Below are positions 59,846 through 64,000 of a stretch of DNA of 64,000 bases, in pieces. The stretch covers positions 192,001 to 256,000 of the forward strand of contig MTMD02000008.1 of assembly GCA_002010065.2 (NCBI GenBank), in the 5' to 3' direction. Within the stretch, counting starts at the first letter, position 1; each line of letters opens with the position of its first letter. The notes below the pieces were generated by a model. That model ran no database searches. It worked only from the letters and a program-made list of their open reading frames with translations, and had not been told where the DNA came from. The position numbers and the translations under genes were made by a program. This DNA is from Candidatus Pyrohabitans jungbluthii (GTDB lineage: Archaea > Hydrothermarchaeota > Hydrothermarchaeia > Hydrothermarchaeales > BMS3B).

Positions 59846-60751
59846 GTGATAAAGGTAGTTTCTCCTGCAACGAGTGCAAATCTTGGGTCTGGCTTTGACG
59901 TCTTTGGCTTGGCGTTAAGCTCGCCTGCTGACGAGATGGGCTTCAAGGAGATTGAGGAGGGTGTGAGGATTAAAGTTAGAGGGTACCCCGTGCCAGAGAG
60001 CAGCGAGGAGAACATCGCTGGCTACGTCGCGGCGCGCGTGCTCTCAGCAAAAGGTGTGGAAGCGGGTGTGGAAATATCCATAAATAAAAAAATACGGCCA
60101 AAGAGCGGCCTAGGCTCAAGCGCAGCTTCAGCGGTTGGCGCAGCGTATGGCGTAAATGAGCTTTTTAATCTCGAGATGAGCAGGGAGGAGATTCTCCACT
60201 TCGCCCTTATGGGCGAGAAATACTTCTCAGGCGCTGAGCATGCAGACAACATCGCCGCCTGCCTGTACGGTGGCTTTACCTGCGTCAGCTACTCTCCGCT
60301 GAAAGTGCTCTCCATCACCCCGCCAGAATTTATGGAGTACGCTGTTCTCTTGCCCGAGGTTGAGGTGGAAACGCGCTCCGCAAGGGCGATGCTCCCCGAG
60401 AAAGTGCCCTTAGCTTCGCATGTGCGCAACCTGGCTAATGCTGCCTTCCTCGTAGCTGGTATGCTGCGAGGCGATGGCAATGCTATACGCACAGGGATGC
60501 GCGACGAGATTATAACGCCTCTGCGTAAAAACTACATACCTCACTTTGAGGAGCTAAGCTCAGCTGCCATTAAAGCGGGTGCCCTGGGATTTGCGATAAG
60601 TGGCTCGGGCCCAGCATGCATAGCGCTGTGCGACTCATCCAAAATAGCTGGCGAGGAGCTTGCAGGCGTGCTTAGGGAGGTTTACCAGAAGCATGGCTTA
60701 GAATGCACCACCTACGCTGGAAAGGTCGGTGTGGGATGCGGTGTAAAGTAG
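59846..60751 (+). CDS. thrB: Homoserine kinase
   Basis: PATSANLGSGFD, GLGSSAAS GHMP motif, HADN, SGSGP. Confidence 0.95.
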   Translation: MIKVVSPATSANLGSGFDVFGLALSSPADEMGFKEIEEGVRIKVRGYPVPESSEENIAGYVAARVLSAKGVEAGVEISINKKIRPKSGLGSSAASAVGAAYGVNELFNLEMSREEILHFALMGEKYFSGAEHADNIAACLYGGFTCVSYSPLKVLSITPPEFMEYAVLLPEVEVETRSARAMLPEKVPLASHVRNLANAAFLVAGMLRGDGNAIRTGMRDEIITPLRKNYIPHFEELSSAAIKAGALGFAISGSGPACIALCDSSKIAGEELAGVLREVYQKHGLECTTYAGKVGVGCGVK

Positions 60752-60785
60752 GCAGAATTGAATAATAGTTGTTTCGGGGAACGAA

Positions 60786-60803
60786 AGAAAAATTTTATAT
60801 AAT
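60786..60803 (+). promoter_or_regulatory. BRE/TATA promoter (AGAAAAATTTTATATAA) of the ncRNA candidate
   Basis: Consensus-like TTTTATATAA at 60793-60802, 21 nt before the first stem. Confidence 0.7.
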
Positions 60804-60823
60804 ATTACAATCATGCTATATAC

Positions 60824-60953
60824 TGCGGGCTTAGGGGGAGAATAACAGTATTCCCGAGCTCTAAGCCGGGAATACTGTGGCTGACGCACCTAGTGGTGCC
60901 CACTCAGCCAATCCCCGGGCCGGGTATCTTCCCGGCTCCAACCTAAGCTCGCA
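60824..60953 (+). ncRNA. Unassigned structured non-coding RNA (12-bp closing stem + three hairpins)
   Basis: GC-rich island in an AT-rich spacer; almost fully paired; own promoter and downstream T6 tract. Confidence 0.7.
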
Positions 60954-61042
60954 CCCATTCCATACTCTGATTTTTTGTGACTGATGGGGATATGATTTTT
61001 ATATCACCGCTGCTGAATTCTGCATAGGCAGGGAAAGAGGAT

Positions 61043-61468
61043 ATGGGACTCCACCTTTACGTTGCGGCGCCGCTCTTCAGCGCAGCAGAGCGGGAGTTTA
61101 ACTCGCGGCTTTGTGCTGAGCTTGAACGCCGCGGCTACAGCGTAACGCTGCCTCAGCGAGACTGCTCTGGCGACAGGGAGGAGATATTCAGGTGCTGCCT
61201 TTCAGAGATCCGCAGAGCGAGTGTTGTTATTGCTGTGCTTGAAGGCGCCGGCTGCGACGACGGCACAGCCTTTGAGGTGGGTTATGCCTTTGCGCTGGGA
61301 AAGCGCATCTTAGGTTTAAGAACGGACTTTCGCAACGTGGGCGAGTATGGGGCAAGGGTTAATTTGATGCTGGAAAAAGCGTGCGAGAAGCTTTTAGCAA
61401 GCGAAGAAGAGCTTTTCGTCGCCCTTGAACATATGGAGGGAGAGTATGGAGAAAAAGCTAAGAATTAA
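61043..61468 (+). CDS. Nucleoside 2-deoxyribosyltransferase-family protein
   Basis: YVAAPLFS.AE, LPQ, D.GTAFEVGYA, RTD, NLM. Confidence 0.9.
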   Translation: MGLHLYVAAPLFSAAEREFNSRLCAELERRGYSVTLPQRDCSGDREEIFRCCLSEIRRASVVIAVLEGAGCDDGTAFEVGYAFALGKRILGLRTDFRNVGEYGARVNLMLEKACEKLLASEEELFVALEHMEGEYGEKAKN

Positions 61469-62981
61469 AGCTCTGGACATAAAAGAGGGCAGGTATGAGA
61501 TAACCCTCAATGAGGAGGATGCCCGCGAACTCGGTTTGCACACCCGCGACAGGGTGAGGGTTTACCATAATGGCGAGTACCGCGTAGCCAGCGTTAATTT
61601 GTCCTCTCGAGCTATAGGCAAAGGTGAAGCAGGAGTTACCATCGACCTTCAGGAGGCATTTAATCTTAAGGAAGGGAACTTCATAACCGTTGTGCCCACG
61701 GCCAAGCCTAAATCCGTGGAGTTCATTCGCAAGAAGATGGATGGGCTTGTGTTAAATGAGGGCGAGATTGATGCGATTATCAAAGATGTGGTAAACCGCG
61801 ACCTGAGTGATATTGAGATTACGGCTTTTATAACTGCACTTTATATAAACGGGCTGAACATGGAGGAGGCCGCAAGCTTAAGCAAGAAAATGGCTGAGAA
61901 CGGAGAGATGCTGGAGCTAAGGCGAAGACCAGTGTTCGACAAGCACAGCATCGGGGGTGTGCCGGGCAACAAAATTACCCTGCTCATCGTGCCCATCGTC
62001 GCTGCTGCCGGGCTTGTGATACCCAAAACCTCTTCACGGGCGATTACCTCAGCTGCGGGTACAGCTGACATTATGGAAGTGCTCGCACCAGTGAGCTTTT
62101 CAGCGCGCGAAATTGAGGAGATTGTGGATAGGACCAATGGAATAATCGCATGGGGGGGCGGACTTAACCTTGCGCCGGCGGATGATATTTTTATCCAGGT
62201 GGAGTATCCCCTTGCGATAGACCCCCACTACTTAGCGCTGTGCAGCGTTATGGCTAAGAAGTATGCGGTGGGCGCTGATTTTGTGGTCATCGACATACCC
62301 ATGGGCAGCGAGGCAAAGGTTAAGACAATGGAAGAAGCGAAGCGCTTTGCAAGAGAGTTTATTGAACTGGGGGAGAAGATAGGGATAAATGTGGAGTGCG
62401 CCATAACCTACGGCGACAAGCCTATAGGTAGAGCCATAGGCCCTGCTTTAGAAGCTAGAGAAGCGCTTGCAACCCTGGAGAAGGGCGCTGGACCGAGCAG
62501 CTTTGTGGAGAAGTCTCTGGAGCTTGCGGGCATACTTCTCGAGGCAGGGGGCGTAGCGAGCAGGGGCAGAGGCAAGGAGGCGGCGAAGCAGATCCTTCGC
62601 TCAGGCAAGGCTTTAAAGAAGATGAAGGAGATAATCGCGGCCCAGGGGGGAGATGAAAAAATTAAGGCAGAGGATATCCACGTTGGCGAATACCGCGAGG
62701 TTATAACCAGCGATGGCGAGGGTTATGTAATCCACATATCCAATCGCGCTCTGGTGAGAATCGCCAGAGAGGCGGGCTCACCAAAGGATAAGGGTGCCGG
62801 GATACTTCTCCACGTGACCAAGGGTGAGAAGGTTAAGAAGGGCGACGTTCTCATGGAGATCTACGCAGATAGCGAGTACCGCTTAGAGCAGGCAGTGAAG
62901 CTGGCGAAGCAGCTCAAGCCGATAACCCTCGAGGGGATGGTTTTGGCAAGGGTGCCAGGGATTACCTACTTTGAGCACTGA
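61446..62981 (+). CDS. deoA: AMP phosphorylase (archaeal thymidine phosphorylase family)
   Basis: DKHSIGGVPGNK, KTSSRAITSAAGTAD, IGPALEA, AGSPKDKGAG. Confidence 0.93.
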   Translation: MEKKLRIKALDIKEGRYEITLNEEDARELGLHTRDRVRVYHNGEYRVASVNLSSRAIGKGEAGVTIDLQEAFNLKEGNFITVVPTAKPKSVEFIRKKMDGLVLNEGEIDAIIKDVVNRDLSDIEITAFITALYINGLNMEEAASLSKKMAENGEMLELRRRPVFDKHSIGGVPGNKITLLIVPIVAAAGLVIPKTSSRAITSAAGTADIMEVLAPVSFSAREIEEIVDRTNGIIAWGGGLNLAPADDIFIQVEYPLAIDPHYLALCSVMAKKYAVGADFVVIDIPMGSEAKVKTMEEAKRFAREFIELGEKIGINVECAITYGDKPIGRAIGPALEAREALATLEKGAGPSSFVEKSLELAGILLEAGGVASRGRGKEAAKQILRSGKALKKMKEIIAAQGGDEKIKAEDIHVGEYREVITSDGEGYVIHISNRALVRIAREAGSPKDKGAGILLHVTKGEKVKKGDVLMEIYADSEYRLEQAVKLAKQLKPITLEGMVLARVPGITYFEH

Positions 62982-63546
62982 ACTCTTCGCAAATTCTTAT
63001 AAAGTTCTTGAAAATCTCCGGTCCCAGTGGTGTATGCTCCACTTCAGGGTGGAACTGCACACCGTAGAGGGGCAGGCTCTCGTGCGCCATGGCTTCGACC
63101 TCACAGGTCTCGCTGTGGGCAAGCTTTTTAAAGCCCTTGGGAAGCTTCGCCACCTCGTCCTTGTGGGAGACCCACGCCCTGAAGCTGGGCGCCAGCCCGC
63201 GGAGGATCTCATCTTCGTCGTCCACTATAATCTCCGCGTCGGCATACTCCCCAACTTCGGCGGTTCTAACCTCTCCGCCAAAAAGCTTTGCCATGAGCTG
63301 GTGCCCTAAGCAGATGCCGAGTATAGGCACTTTGCCCGCGAAGGCTTTTATTATCTCGCCGGAGTTGCCTATCTCCTCTAGGTAGGGTCCGCCCCCTACA
63401 ACTATGCCCAGAGGCGACTCCTTCTCCACCTCCTCCACGCTTATTGTGTTCTGCACCAGCTTTACGCTCTTACCCAAATAGCGAATGGTGCGATATATGC
63501 GGTGGTTGTACTGCCCGCGGTTGGCGATTACTATGTACTCAGTCAT
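62962..63546 (-). CDS. guaAA: GMP synthase glutaminase subunit A
   Basis: GQYNHRI, GICLGHQ, SH.DEV, VQFHPEV. Confidence 0.94.
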   Translation of the reverse strand: MTEYIVIANRGQYNHRIYRTIRYLGKSVKLVQNTISVEEVEKESPLGIVVGGGPYLEEIGNSGEIIKAFAGKVPILGICLGHQLMAKLFGGEVRTAEVGEYADAEIIVDDEDEILRGLAPSFRAWVSHKDEVAKLPKGFKKLAHSETCEVEAMAHESLPLYGVQFHPEVEHTPLGPEIFKNFIRICEEFSAQSR

Positions 63547-64000
63547 CTTACCCACCTTATCGGCGCGCCTCTATTTTCAAGAATTTTTATAAGCCTTTCA
63601 GCCCAGACAAGCTTCTTCCTCTTCTTCTCGCTGTCGCGAGAGAAGGAGTATCTTCCAATCTCGCTATGGAAGTCCATCCCATATAAATATATCTCCCCCG
63701 CCTTGAAGTGCTTGGCGAGAAAAACAGCGCGGTCGCCATCGGTGAAGCCGCCGAAGTTGTACACCTCGTCGAAGGGCTCCGCCTGCGTTGTGGCTACAAC
63801 ATTGACGAAGAGCGGAGCGTAGCGTCTGAGCGCTGCCATGTTGTCCCCGTGGGCGTGAATCACAACCACGCTCCCGCGGGCATTTGCCTCGAGTAAATCT
63901 TCAACCCTGCCGTCGAGGTCTGTAACCATAATCTCGGGCACAGTGCCGCGCTCCAGCAGGAAGCTCGTCGCCCCGTCGCATGCTATGGCTATGCCCTGGG
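63543..64000 (-). CDS. mptE: 6-hydroxymethyl-7,8-dihydropterin pyrophosphokinase MptE-like, C-terminal part (starts beyond the window)
   Basis: ACDGA, VTDLDG, HAHGDN, TTQ, NFGGFTDGDRA, GMDF, K.KKL.WA. Confidence 0.88.
   Translation of the reverse strand, partial: QGIAIACDGATSFLLERGTVPEIMVTDLDGRVEDLLEANARGSVVVIHAHGDNMAALRRYAPLFVNVVATTQAEPFDEVYNFGGFTDGDRAVFLAKHFKAGEIYLYGMDFHSEIGRYSFSRDSEKKRKKLVWAERLIKILENRGAPIRWVR

Noticed and set aside
60824-60953. 5S rRNA, tRNA-Pyl or tRNA-Sec
   Set aside because: Lacks 5S conserved loops and a T-loop; arm lengths and total size do not fit tRNA; no pyl or sel genes in the window

Overview
Gene-dense archaeal chromosome segment (euryarchaeal type). Evidence: HMf-type histone, Rpo subunits, aIF2-alpha, Nop10, G1P dehydrogenase, DtdA, FtsZ, AMP phosphorylase and BRE/TATA promoters. 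A thermophilic Hydrothermarchaeota/Methanomada-like lineage is my inference only. Most of the window is intact housekeeping: purS/L/Q, hom, hypE, birA/pycA, egsA, the L44e-S27e-aIF2a-Nop10-PAC2 cluster, ftsZ-secE-spt5-L11-L1-L10-L12, argD-hisC, khtTU-like genes, the S13-S4-S11-RpoD-tRNA-Leu-L18e-L13-S9-RpoN-tRNA-Pro-RpoK-eno-S2 superoperon, thrB, deoA and guaAA. Four features stand out. (1) An AT-rich island at about 33.3-36.4 kb reads as a decaying array of polymorphic-toxin tip/immunity cassettes: a CARDB remnant, a hydrophobic segment and a BECR-type nuclease broken at an A7 run, plus two further tip remnants, each coupled to a downstream gene. (2) A stand-alone, highly base-paired 130-nt RNA gene candidate with its own BRE/TATA promoter at 60824-60953 matches no tRNA, 5S, SRP or RNase P pattern I know. 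(3) A 180-nt nested structure with three tandem hairpins sharing an 11-nt linker lies between tRNA-Leu and rpl18e. (4) A membrane-tethered wHTH regulator is divergent from a secreted protein/lipoprotein/rhomboid cluster. Several small ORFs missed by the ORF track, a probable CTG start for purL, and an rpoN stop codon inside tRNA-Pro are also noted. All calls come from reading motifs by eye; no searches or folding programs were run.
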